In this document: positions 1 through 11,800 of the stretch, in pieces
How the letters are laid out: each line of letters opens with the position of its first letter
How positions within the stretch are numbered: position 1 is the first letter of the stretch
NCBI GenBank assembly: GCA_001655205.1
Contig: LPNZ01010288.1
Coordinates: forward strand, 1 to 57,765
Origin: Lenisia limosa
Taxonomy: Eukaryota; Protista; Breviatea
Length of the DNA: 57,765 nucleotides
Reading direction: 5' to 3'
Translations under genes and position numbers: made by a program
The notes under the pieces: model-generated
The model's input: only the letters and a program-made list of their open reading frames with translations
Told to the model about the DNA's origin: nothing
The model's database searches: none

Positions 1-946
1 TGGAACGCACTGAAGGCCGAGCTCAAACTCCTGGGCATTGGCGAGGAGTTGACAATTGGTGGGCGAAGTGGGTGTCACGTGCATCTGATGGAGAAATTCA
101 TCAACTAGGCGTTTTGACTGATAAGCTTTTTGCCGTTTCATTGCAAAACATCGTTTTATTGCTGTAGATTCTTCTCCCCACAACCACAGCATTTTCGAAT
201 CCGCGCTTCTTGGTAAGAGGAAAAATAGCCGATTTATTCGGTACTGTTTTATTAATATATCATATTTCTATTTTTTTTGACCAGAGTCATAATTCTGTAG
301 GAAACTTCCGTTCGCTCTCCTCCAATACCGATCCAATACACTCCCAAGTCAATCGTCCGGTATGGCCATTTCATTCTTTGTGCTCATGTCGCATCTCATA
401 TGATATCATATTTGCTCCAATAAACATGTTTTTAACCCATCCAGGGCAACCATCTTGGAGAGTCACCACTGCATGCCGCCGCCACCTCGGGTCACGTGGA
501 GTGCTGCAAGCTTCTGGTCCTGGCTGGGGCAAATCTGGGTTTGTGGCTGAGGGTTAACCCTTGGAACCTGTCTTTGGGTGTTTTGTTTTGTTGTTGGGGT
601 GTGGCTAATGTCATAATTCGTAGAACATTTGTCAATGACTATTTGTATCCTATGTAGACACTACCACATTGTATATCTGTAATATCATATAGTATGAGAT
701 CATATCATATGCACACTAACCCCCCTAGACACTGTGGACAGCTTTGGCCGCACCGTGAGAGACGTGGCTGTTGAAGGTGGCCATTTAGACTGTGTTATGG
801 AGCTCCTTGCGATGACGTGGCCTACTGTGTCTTTGGAACCTCCGGGTGCCAAGCTCCCGGTTTTCGGCCTGACCCGGGCTCAGATCTACCATGAAAAACA
901 GCAGATGTTGCTAGTAGGGGGCGCTGTTCGGTTTAAAAAGGCTTAG
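1..946 (+). CDS. Ankyrin-repeat protein, 3' part (5' end outside window), multi-exon
   Basis: Phase-compatible GT-AG splicing (e.g. intron 59-167) gives ...ELTIDSSPHNHSIFESALLGNFRSL...VNRPGNHLGESPLHAAATSGHVECCKLLVLAGANLDTVDSFGRTVRDVAVEGGHLDCVMELL...RFKKA*. The G-x-SPLH-AA-x-x-GH-x-x-C-x-x-LL-x-x-GA pattern is an ankyrin repeat. Confidence 0.8.
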
Positions 947-1251
947 GCATATTCGTTTTCTTTCCTCTCCTCTCTTTCAATCCATGACTGTTTAGGATGC
1001 GCAACATTCGAGTTCGTACAGAGATTTGAAACGCAAGACACGACGAAAACACAAGTAACCATAGGTATTCTATGTCTATCTTCTACTCTCTTGGCAATGT
1101 AGTCTTTTAGAGCTTTGGAGCGGAAATAGCAAGGCTTTCCTCACGTTTTATTCCGTGTGAACATTGGGTTAAGACCTAAATCAAAACAGTGTCCCTGGTT
1201 GTTGCACAAAATTCCATCAAAACCTTCGAATACTACACAAAAAAAGAAACA

Positions 1252-4200
1252 TTAGAATGTGAGCCAATCAAAAGACTTGTCATGCGACTTAACAGGCTGG
1301 AGGGGAGGGAGGTAACGAAACAATTATTGTACAATTTGAAGTGCGCTGTTGTAATGTGAACTCAATTCATACACTTTAATTTCACTTTGTCAAATAATTT
1401 CTTCAAAAAATTCAACGAAAGGGGTCCTAGAATCACTCCATCATGAATCCATTATACATAAGATGTAGCAATCATTTCCGAAAGCTCAAAAAAATTTATT
1501 CCAACAACATTTATGCATTTAGTCTAAGATTATGGTGAACCCCATCAAACCACTTGAGTATGCGAAGAGTTGTCTTCTGAAGATGTGAGTTGAATAACAC
1601 AATGCATGCATATGTANNNNNNNNNNNNNNNNNNNNNNNNNNNNNNNNNNNNNNNNNNNNNNNNNNNNNNNNNNNNNNNNNNNNNNNNNNNNNNNNNNNN
1701 NNNNNNNNNNNNNNNNNNNNNNNNNNNNNNNNNNNNNNNNNNNNNNTATCACTACTGCTGATAGACGGCGCCTTTGAGACAGCTTCGTTGGAGGATGCGG
1801 TTTCGAGGGCGTCATTATCGGACGTGGCCTTGGCTTTTGGCGCAAATAAGTCTTCCTGGTGCTGTGGTTGGGACGCAAAAAGGTCAGTCTGAGGTTTCGA
1901 TTGGTGCTGTGAAAACAGATCAGTAGCCTGGGGTGCCGGCTGCTGTGAAAAGAGGTCAGCAGCTTGTGATGCGAGTGGGGGAAATGCATCTGGCTGATTA
2001 CGGGATTGTGAAAAAAGGTCTGACAGGGGCTGGGATGGATTACTCTGAGCAAACAGGTCCGTGTGCTCAGGTTGGGATTGTGTGGCTGGGACTTCGGGTT
2101 GAGCCGGCACGGCAAATAAATCAACCTGTTCTGGTACAATGGGGGATGATGACGTGTGAGGTGAGGGTTCAGGAACAAGGAATCCTGAAAAGAGATCGGA
2201 CGATTGGACAGGGACAGGCTGTTGAACTGGTTCAGGTTTGATCTCCGAGAACTGACTGTCGTCTTTTGGGTGTTCGGAAAGTGGCACGGAGGGCTGGGTG
2301 GTCTCAAATTGTGACGTCACGAAGAGCCCCTCAAAAGAGATCGGCTCGGGCTTGGAGGTAGTCTGGGGCTGAGCTTGACCAGAGGGGTCTTCTTGGGGCT
2401 GGGAGAAAAGGTCATTTTGTGGCCCCAAAAGATCATCTTGGGGTGCAGGAGGAGAGGGGGCAAAAACATTGGTAGAAAAGGGGTCTGAGGCCTGTTCTCC
2501 CCTATTGACTGAGGAAATAGGCTGCAGAGGGGAGAACGAATCATCACCGAATGGGTTAGGAGTGGCGGACTTTGGGGATATTGCCGAAAAGGGGTCAGTG
2601 TTGGCGGCTTTCAGGGACGTTTGGTGGTCTTCTGAGGCAAAGGCGAATAAATCGGGTTCCTGGGGGGCTGTTTTGGGGGCTGCAGGAGGGACTATGTCAA
2701 AACCTTTCTTTTCCGAGACAGAGGCAGTAAATAAGTCAACTTCCTGGGGAGCCGGGGCTTCTTTTGCCTGCAACTGGCTTAGTGAAAGAATGTACAATCA
2801 CAACGCTTCCATCAGCTATGAAGAGAAACAAGAATGGAATTTCAATTGGTCGTCAATAGGTTAACCAACCTCCTTTGTATGGACAGGAATGGAGGCAAAT
2901 ACGGCGTAAGGGTCTACCTTTTCTTCTTCAGGCCTTGAGAGATAACATGGAGTTGATGTGTAAGAAAGCCATTTATTTCAAAATAATATCACCAACTTTT
3001 TCTCTTCCTGGGGAGGCGGAGTGGGTTCTTTCGGTATTGCAACGGGGAATTTCTCGGGTGCAATGGGGGCAGAAAAGAGATCGTCAAAATGATCTAATAT
3101 GATCAATGACAAGTAAAGGTTACGTTAATCGAAGCAAAAGTGTTGTTAGAATTGCCAAAAAGGTTATGCGGCAACATGATGATCAAACAGTATGCCCGTA
3201 ATACCCACCCAGAGTTTTCTTTTCATCTGTCGCAGCAGCTGGAGAGGCGACAAAATCGTCCTCGTGCGGCGATGCAAGAAACTCTGTCGCGTTGACATCG
3301 GATCCCACGAGATCCGAGAATTGCTTGAAGTCTTTTGGAGTGGCTGAGAGATAAAAGACTGTAAGCGTCGATTTGACATGATAAAAAGCGAATTGATGAG
3401 GTTAGTGACCTACCCATGCGAGCCACTTCAGCGTTCTGTGACCCCTGGGAAGTCAGGAGGACCACAAGGAAACAATATGATGCCTTGTACCTGATGCATA
3501 GAGTCGAAACACAGGTGTAAGATAATAAAGAAAAGCGATCAAACTTTCCATTCTTCAACCCCTTCACATGCCCCTGATAAGCCAACCTTTGTGATGACCT
3601 CAGTTGCACTCGACACCTGAGTCACAAGCTGCGAAAGTGTCGAGAGAACATACTGAGCCTACTATCATTAACTGAGGCTTCCGATCCAAACCTTCAAATT
3701 ATACAAAATTCTTCTTTGATACAGAACAATCTTTGTATCATCATAAACTATGTACTATTTGTTGTTAAGTCATTTTAGAGCATTATAATAACTAATGTAA
3801 TCGTCCTGACCACCCCTCCCACCTGGTCAGAAGTCAGTTTCGGCGCCGCAATGATGGGACTGATCACCGGGATCAGATGAGTCAGGATTTTGGCCCGGCT
3901 TGCCACCTGCAGGGGACATGAGACAACAAAGGAGTGTTTACTCGGCTGTTTTCCTCTTTTCAAAGGTTATGCTGATTCACTAACCGCCCTTCTCTCTTAA
4001 AACGTACATCCATAATAATATATATCCTTCAAAGAGCTGTTTGGCCCTAGTGTAACACATAGCATATTGCATATTGCGACATAATAGGACAGTTCCCCCA
4101 CCTTTGAGCACTGCAAACTCAGCTCCACAGTTGACATCAAAACGTCGGCCCCAAGCTAAGGTAATTATAAACACGTCCATCCACGGACTCTGACTGTGAA

Positions 4201-7200
4201 AATGGTTATAAATGGTAAAACTATAGTATCAAAAAAAAGCAGATTCCAATGTCATTAGTCGGACATTTGTCATTACTCGGGCATTTGCACTCAAACGAAA
4301 CCCCCATCACCAACCGAGGCAACATTTGAGGTGACAGCAGCATTGACTTTCAAAAGGACAGGGAATACTAAGCACACTGACTCCTGGTCCAACTACAGGT
4401 ATAAAGGCAACTACAGGTACAGTATACGTATAAAAAATAAAATCATAAGCAATCTCAAATCAAAACATGTGCTGCCGAAATGAAGCAACAGATTAATCAT
4501 TGAAACCAACGTGGGTGGTGAGAGCGGCAAGAGCGTCCAGGCACCTGACCAGCATAACAGTTGTTGCTGAAGGTTTCGCCAAGACATCCAATACTGTCGG
4601 GAGCAATCCACCCTAATGTGTTATTCGGAGAAATAAATTTTGTTTCTAGAAGTGTAGTTTTGATGCAAATTGCACTGTCAAATAAGCGGAAATATGAAAA
4701 TCATAGTATATCATATATGATATAATTATGTGGGGGAATACCTTCACTGTTGATGGTTCCCAATTGTCCTTGTTCTTTGTGACTTGATCCAGGGCCTGTG
4801 GGGTGTAAGACTGTTTTACGAAGAGACACTATTAGAACTGTAAGAGAACTGCGAATGAGCTTTGTTGCATGTCCTCATAACCGCCGCCAACTTCGATGCT
4901 AAGCTCGGGTTGGTCCGACTTGAGGGCCGGGATAAGCAACTTCGTCGTCATCATAGAGATTTTAACCGGGAACTAAGGGGGGGTCAGGAAGAGGGAAGGG
5001 ATTGATTGCAAATTGGTTATACATCTATCAACTCTAATATAGTAGGTAGCTAACCACACGAGCATGAAAGCAAGATTGGAATTGGGTTAGAATGAAGGAC
5101 CAACCTTATCGACCATCACATTGAAGTGTCGTAGCAACGAGAGGCGAACATCTAGGGGATCTTTCACATCCGCAGCNNNNNNNNNNNNNNNNNNNNNNNN
5201 NNNNNNNNNNNNNNNNNNNNNNNNNNNNNNNNNNNNNNNNNNNNNNNNNNNNNNNNNNNNNNNNNNNNNNNNNNNNNNNNNNNNNNNNNNNNNNNNNNNN
5301 NNNNNNNNNNNNNNNNNNNNNNNNNNNNNNNNNNNNNNNNNNNNNNNNNTCACCATTGTAGAGTACGTTCCACATAGACTCTGTTGCCTTATCAGACGGG
5401 AAGCACTCCATGGCCTTGAACACCAGGGGCAGAATGAAGGGCATTTGGTTCCAACTTGCTTCTTCCAATACTGGCAAAACCTAAAGTCAATAAAACCTGA
5501 AGTCAATAAAAGCTGAAGTCAATAAAGCTGAAGTCAATAAAACCTGAAGGCCGTTCGGAAGGGAGATTATAAAGATCGCCTTGTTACAAAATCCTATTTA
5601 ATGAATAGTTTTTATATGCGCAACCCTACGGCCCCACGTTTCTGAGAACAANNNNNNNNNNNNNNNNNNNNNNNNNNNNNNNNNNNNNNNNNNNNNNNNN
5701 NNNNNNNNNNNNNNNNNNNNTCAACAACAAATGGGAAAATAATATCCGTCTTCAAACCATAGTGAACACATCATTCATTACTCATTATTTGGTATCAAAA
5801 AAGGGGGATTTCAAGGGCCTACCCTCCTTATAAAGACGTCCTCAGATAGCTTAGGAATGACCTGAAGAAGGCCCTTGAAGAACTGAACAGTGTCAAAAGT
5901 GCAGCCGGAATGAAAGAAGCATATTGCCATCACTCAACAAACCTGAGCCTTGTTGACACTGTCTCTTTGATCAATAGTTGCAATGTACCGTAAAGCACGG
6001 AATGTGAGACTCGAATAGTAGGGGTCCTTCATCACCTCTAAAAGAAGGTAAAGACACTGGACGTGTTACTTTGATTATTATGTGTATCTCATATCCAATA
6101 TATACTATATAATGATATGTACACATATCGATAGCTATAGCAATGAGAAATAAAAAAACAAGGCTGTATCTGGCCAATGCCGTCCACATCATCACGCTTA
6201 TAAGAGATATTGAATTAGAGTATAATATTAATTCACCCAACCATTTGTCTTAAAACTCTGTACACACAGCTTTCCTAAATCTTTTGCCACAGATTCAGGA
6301 GGTGCCAGCGAGTTAGAATTGCCGACATCATAGGCTTTAGAATAATATTATCATAAATATTGATAACGTCCTTAAAGGAGAACAGATTATAAGTGACTCA
6401 ATAGTAGGACTAGGTCCCATGTGGAGAGATCCCCTAGTCTATGAGGTTGCTTAGGAGAAGATATACCACTTTCAACTCATGGACATGAAACACTTAAATA
6501 TTGTGCGCACTAATAATAAACCCAAAATATATCATATAGAGGGCCGAGTCCTGAACAAACCCGCAGTAGATAGGCCGCTGAACATAGTCTGTAACAACGC
6601 TACAAGTTCGGGAGCAATGGTGACATGGCTTTGGAGGGCTGTGAGAGGGTCGTCTGGAGATTGTGAGGGTATTCATGTGAAGCAAATGAGAATGATTGTA
6701 AGTAGGGGCTCCCCTACGGTCCGAATAAGAACGTTAAAATATCGATATTTATAGAGGATTGATCGAGAAATTCAGTCTTTCTTAAGACCGCAAAGAAGCC
6801 CTAATTGTAAGGTAATTCGATTCTGCGAAAACAAAATTTCCAATTAAAAAATGTAGTGATGTCATTATGAATTGAGTGATGCACAGCATACTGACAGCCT
6901 TCATGGAGGCCACTTCAGGTGCAAATGATGCGACAATACAGGCAGCAAGTTGCCGCACATCGTTGGTGGGCGAACCCAACCCGTCTGAGGTGGTCAAACA
7001 AATTGTAAGATTATTTTTGGGTACGAACAACTCAAGTATTCGGAAATTCTTAGGACGTCTTTAGGTTTACATCTCGCGATCCCCTTACCACTAATCAAGA
7101 AATAGGGCTTGATATGATCCTTCAGAATGCTGTTATTCCTTGGAGGATTCACAACTGGGGGGCTTCCCATGAAACTGAATCCGCACAACTTCCAGTCCCC

Positions 7201-8280
7201 CTGAGAGTAAGAAAAACTGGGGGATATATAAAATAGAGTACTTTGTAAGAATGCTTTGATATCTTAAAAAAAATCTCTTATATTGTATATATATCTGGGA
7301 ACCTCTTGAAGCAACAGATGGGGCGAGTAAGGTGAATGTAAATAAAAGGAAAATTTAAGAATAAAAGTGAAACCGAATTTCAGCTTATACATGATAACAC
7401 CATAACATGCAATGAGACGCACCGTTGCGGTTATGACTATGGACGACGGGGTGACGGCATTGTGGACCTCTGCATTCTGGTGTAGAAAATGCAGGGCGCT
7501 GGCTATCTGATAGGACCCCATTTGAACCTGATCGTAAGAAATGTATGTATCATAATGGGGAACAACAAAGGAATAAATAAATATGATGGACATAACATGT
7601 AATTTGAGAAGACACAAAAGCCGACATCAAGAGGGTCCAGCGTTGTCCTTTTCTCAAGAACTTCGGCCAAAGTCGTTCCAATGCGGTCCACTACTGCCAC
7701 CATCTCCTTCTTTGTCTCAATCGGCTTATCAAGGACCCGCAGGATGTTGGGGTGGAGATGCGTGGATAACGCTAAGCAAGATAAAGACATAGTGATGACG
7801 AACGCAGGTTATTGGTTCTTTGCACATACCGGTGACATCATTCCGAAGATAGAGCAAGAACTCCTCCCGTTTCTCCTTTGGCAGGCGACTCACTTCCTTC
7901 TTATTGAACATCTTCAACATTAAAGCCTGACCTTCTCCCAAGGGATATTGATTCTAACAATAAAACATCGACCCAATGACGTGGGCTTATACTATATGGC
8001 AGTTACAAATATGTCCAGTACATGAACTTTATCTCAATTAACTGATCTTGTATTTAACTCAATCAAGAAGTAAGACAACAAAAGCCAACCAAAATGGAAA
8101 CCTCTTCATGTGTGGAGTGCCGAGTGCCGTCATAAATCTCCCTGTTGGGTCAAAACAAGGAAGGCTTGAGTAGACAAGACTAAACGACAAAATATAAACA
8201 TACCAAACAGGAAGAGAGCCCAGAGAAAACGTTCTCTTTTTAGGACTGATCGCATATTCCTTCGACAATGACCCTCCCAT
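1252..8280 (-). CDS. SCY1: SCY1-like (SCYL) pseudokinase: kinase-like domain, HEAT repeats, long Pro/Gln-rich DLF/DPF/NPF tail; many exons, gaps
   Basis: Spliced: MGGSLSKEY...WEIYDG...LHPNILRVLDKPIETKKEMVAVVDRIGTTLAEVL...IASALHFLHQNAEVHNAVTPSSIVITATGDWKLCGFSF...DSVNKAQFFKGLLQVIPKLSEDVFIRRVLPVLEE. HRD and DFG are absent, as in SCY1 proteins. The 3' end (SFDWLTF*) is tentative because of the gap at 1617-1747. Confidence 0.8.
5476..5550 (-). repeat. 16-bp tandem array (about 4.7 copies) spanning a SCY1 3' splice site
   Basis: Sense unit ATTGACTT(C/T)AG|(G/C)TTTT repeated. The last copy is the acceptor of the VLPVLEE exon (AG at 5482-5481). Confidence 0.9.
6703..6803. mobile_element. hAT-type MITE family, copy A (101 bp)
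   Basis: About 27-bp imperfect TIRs (TAGGGGCTCCCCTACGGTCCGAATAAGAAC ... GTCTTTCTTAAGACCGCAAAGAAGCCCTA), shared core AAAATATCGATATTTAT...ATCGAGAAATTCAGTC, perfect 8-bp TSD ATTGTAAG (6695-6702 and 6804-6811). Lies in a SCY1 intron. Confidence 0.9.
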
Positions 8281-8800
8281 GACTATTGAAAGATCCTGAT
8301 GGGAGGAGGTGGAACAGAAAAGAAGATCACCCCAAGGAGCAATGGAGGTGAAACGAAACTGGATGAAAACGCGTTTTTGATCTCGCCGCCTTGCTATTTT
8401 TATTTCCTTCTTTTCTTCTTTCTCTTTTAACACAAGGAGGCAAGGCAGGGGGCACCAAGTGGACGTTGAAAAAGTAAATTCGTAACTTATTTGACTGTTT
8501 TCCTTATACTTTTTAACATCACTTAAAAGGAAAATAGTTATATTTTTGGCAATATGACAGTAATTTACATATTTAATGACAGTATTATGCTATAATTTTT
8601 CCCATTTTGCCTTCCCAGCAGCTCTGGGTCAATCCGGCCCGTGTTACTTTTTGCCTTTTTTACCGAAGGATAGCCCGGGCCACGGGAACATTTTGCCGGG
8701 TTTTTGCCCTCACTTCTCAGTCCTCCTATTGACCTGTTGATAAGAGTGTTTGTTTGAAGATAGAAGATCTAGATATACACTAAGGAGCAACACGAAGAAG

Positions 8801-11800
8801 ATGGGAATCAAAGAAGACCCCGGTGGGAACGACCCTCATGTGGAAGTGAAGGAACGTTCCATCCGCTTTTCATTCCAAGTATGCGGCTAATCAAGGAGGA
8901 GTATAGATATTACATAATCTGTACTCCGCCTAGGTCAAATGAAGGAAGATTTTCTCAGCATATACCCTTGTTGATGGCAAATCTACCACTCAGTCTGATC
9001 TTCTTAGGACAAAACACAGAAACTTGTTCTTAAAGAGGATGTTACAGCTGAGCAACTCAGACAAATCGTGTCAGACGCTTTTGGGTTAGGCATGCTTTTT
9101 TTATAATATTAGGGAATAATAGTATTCCTACTTAATGATATATAAACCGAAAACATAGCCTTCCCATGTTCATAATTATTACATGCACGCAGCTCTTGAC
9201 CCACATAGGCTTGATACTTTTTCAGTCATCGGACTTGGCCTGCCCCATGGAGGCGGCTTGTGTCCTTTCCCAATGGCCAGTTAGAGGCGGTGTAAAATGG
9301 GGATGTAGGAGAGAAGACATGTGAATGGGCTTTATGAAATGGGGATGTAGGAGAGAAGACATGTGAATGGGCTTTATGAAGGGGGTTATTGGGCCAGTAT
9401 CTTAGAGAATGATGGATCATCATGAAACAGTACAAACATAGGAGTCGCCGTTACCGATGTAGTTTTGCGCCTTGGCGCCTTAGAGTTCGCGTCACAGGGC
9501 CAGTCCCTGGAGGTCATGGTTGCCCAAGGTCGGCTCTTTTCGTATCAATATATAACATCTATCAGGCACATGAATGTTTGTTGTTTTTGAAGCTAAAAAG
9601 TATACTTTTCAAGGAAGGAACCAAAGCTTATATTTTAAGTGATCTACTACCCTGATTTGACAACTAACTAGTCACCACTGATTACGCTATAGACGTGGAG
9701 CCCGTGCCTGATTCCCTGCCAACTTTGGATCAAATCGTCTCAGAGCCGGAAATGGGCAAAAAGGTGGGTATCTGCTTAATGAGTCATTTCGTAGTGCGTT
9801 CCTCAAAATGTTCTCCAAGAGCAATTATTACCCAAAAGTGCTCATGGCTTAGTTTTCACAATGCATGAGATCACACGGCTTCTTTGCGTTCACAGTCGAT
9901 GCTGAGGCCAATATGGTGGGGCTGATGGATGCATATGGTGGCGTTGCTGATTGAGGGTTGTTAGAGCTTAAGGGAGAGCCTCCTTATTTAGGCTTTTCTG
10001 CCTTAAGATCCTCTCATTTCAGCAGATCAGGAACGCGGTGGTGGAGGGGGCCCATCAGTTCTTTGGCAGGACGAAGGAGGAAAAGGAGGAATTCTCCAAA
10101 GTGGTGAGACCCATATGAGTGTCTTCGCTTATAAAGGGCTGTCAAATGCTGATATTTATTGAGGATTTGTCAAGGTCTTCCTAATATTGTCTTGGCGGAC
10201 CACTACATGTGATATCTACTTTAAACTTGTATTTTATCTCATTTCTTCACGGATTCGCCACAATCTATCGTTCAAGTCTATTTTACCACTGGCAGGTAGG
10301 GTCACTTGAGTACCAAGGAGGCAAGGCAATGCCCTGGGGCTACGGCTCTGTCAGGAATACAGGTGTGTGAGGTTATTGTGGATGTGGATTGATTTTGTTT
10401 TCTATTGTCTGTACCTGTTCACTATTCTATTTTTGCGATAGCCCAACCAATCGTGTCTTTAAAATGAAAAACGCCCGAAGCCAATTGGTGCAGATCTTAC
10501 AAAAGACTCGCTCCATAACAGCGTCTGATGCGGTGCATATCACACGGAGGAGAGGGGGCATCTCCAGCTGCGATAAGAAAGCGGCAACCAGCTGGTTGGT
10601 AACCACGAATTCCTTGCGGTAATACCTCCTCAGTTTCAAGTTAACCGAAATTGGTATCGGCGAACAGACCAACTGAAACCGGCGTAAATCCTAAAAGTAA
10701 ACAATTACGACAGACCCATGAGACCTGCGGGAGTTGAAGCCTGGAGGCTCCACCCCAGTGATGAGGACGGCCATCGACCGTAATTCGGTCACCCCATCGC
10801 TTGCAAGTGATCTACGTAATTAATTCAGATGTTCCTCCAATTAACTTCTAATAATGTTAATATCAACAGTCATGAAAAATCAAATTCTCGATCTCAGCTG
10901 CTGCACTATTTTATCAAAGAAATCAAAGGTTCCTTACTTTCCAACATCAGTATGGTCAACGTTATCGCATGAGAGAAGGTCAACGGAGGCTTTTGAGTAA
11001 ACGCCTACAACATAGTTACGTGACTTCAGTCCACGAGGTCAATGACCTGCCCTCGAGGGTTTGGCAATGGACACCCCAACATGAATTTTTGTAACTCCTT
11101 AATAGGAAAATCAGAACAATTCAAAACTATTTACATGATATGAGGGCACCCCAAACAAGATCACTTGAAAATTGCCTTTTTGAAGGGTGTGAGTACACCG
11201 ACAGCATCTTTCACTAGTTCAACCTTTTGAATAGATGTAGGGACGTGATTGGGAATGAATGGGTCATTTTGAAGCCAGAGGTGGTTTTTTGTATGTTCGC
11301 ATAACCATCGTCTATTCAGGACAGCGTCCTTGATTGTGATATTGTAAGTCACCTCATATCCCAGTTATATGTACATATACATATAGGCATATCATTATTT
11401 CAGGAACTGGTCACCCTCAATCAAGTAACATATTGGTTTTTAACATGATTAGTTGGGCTCCCGTTTTTGCATTATTTCTTTCAATCTGTTCCAGCCTGTC
11501 ATTGTCTTGAAATACATATACCCCCGTCTACAAAAACCGGTGCTTTTTGGGTTTAACGAGTAAATATAAAGAATTTTTAAAAAAAGAACAAAANNNNNNN
11601 NNNNNNNNNNNNNNNNNNNNNNNNNNNNNNNNNNNNNNNNNNNNNNNNNNNNNNNNNNNNNNNNNNNNNNNNNNNNAGCACCCGTTTTGGTGGACGGGGA
11701 TATATACTATATAGTCTTTATTTTCACCTTGTATGGAAATCGTCTCACAATTTAGGTCGAGAAAGCTATGACGTTTCCATTGAGAGTATGAAGGACAATT

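Noticed and set aside
1330-1500. Patchy similarity to 38720-38830 and 41300-41360 as another dispersed repeat
   Set aside because: Only short AT-rich matches, with no TIR or TSD visible by eye.
6703-6803. MITE family as Introner (intron-creating) elements
   Set aside because: All four copies sit inside larger introns, and their ends do not coincide with the host's splice sites.
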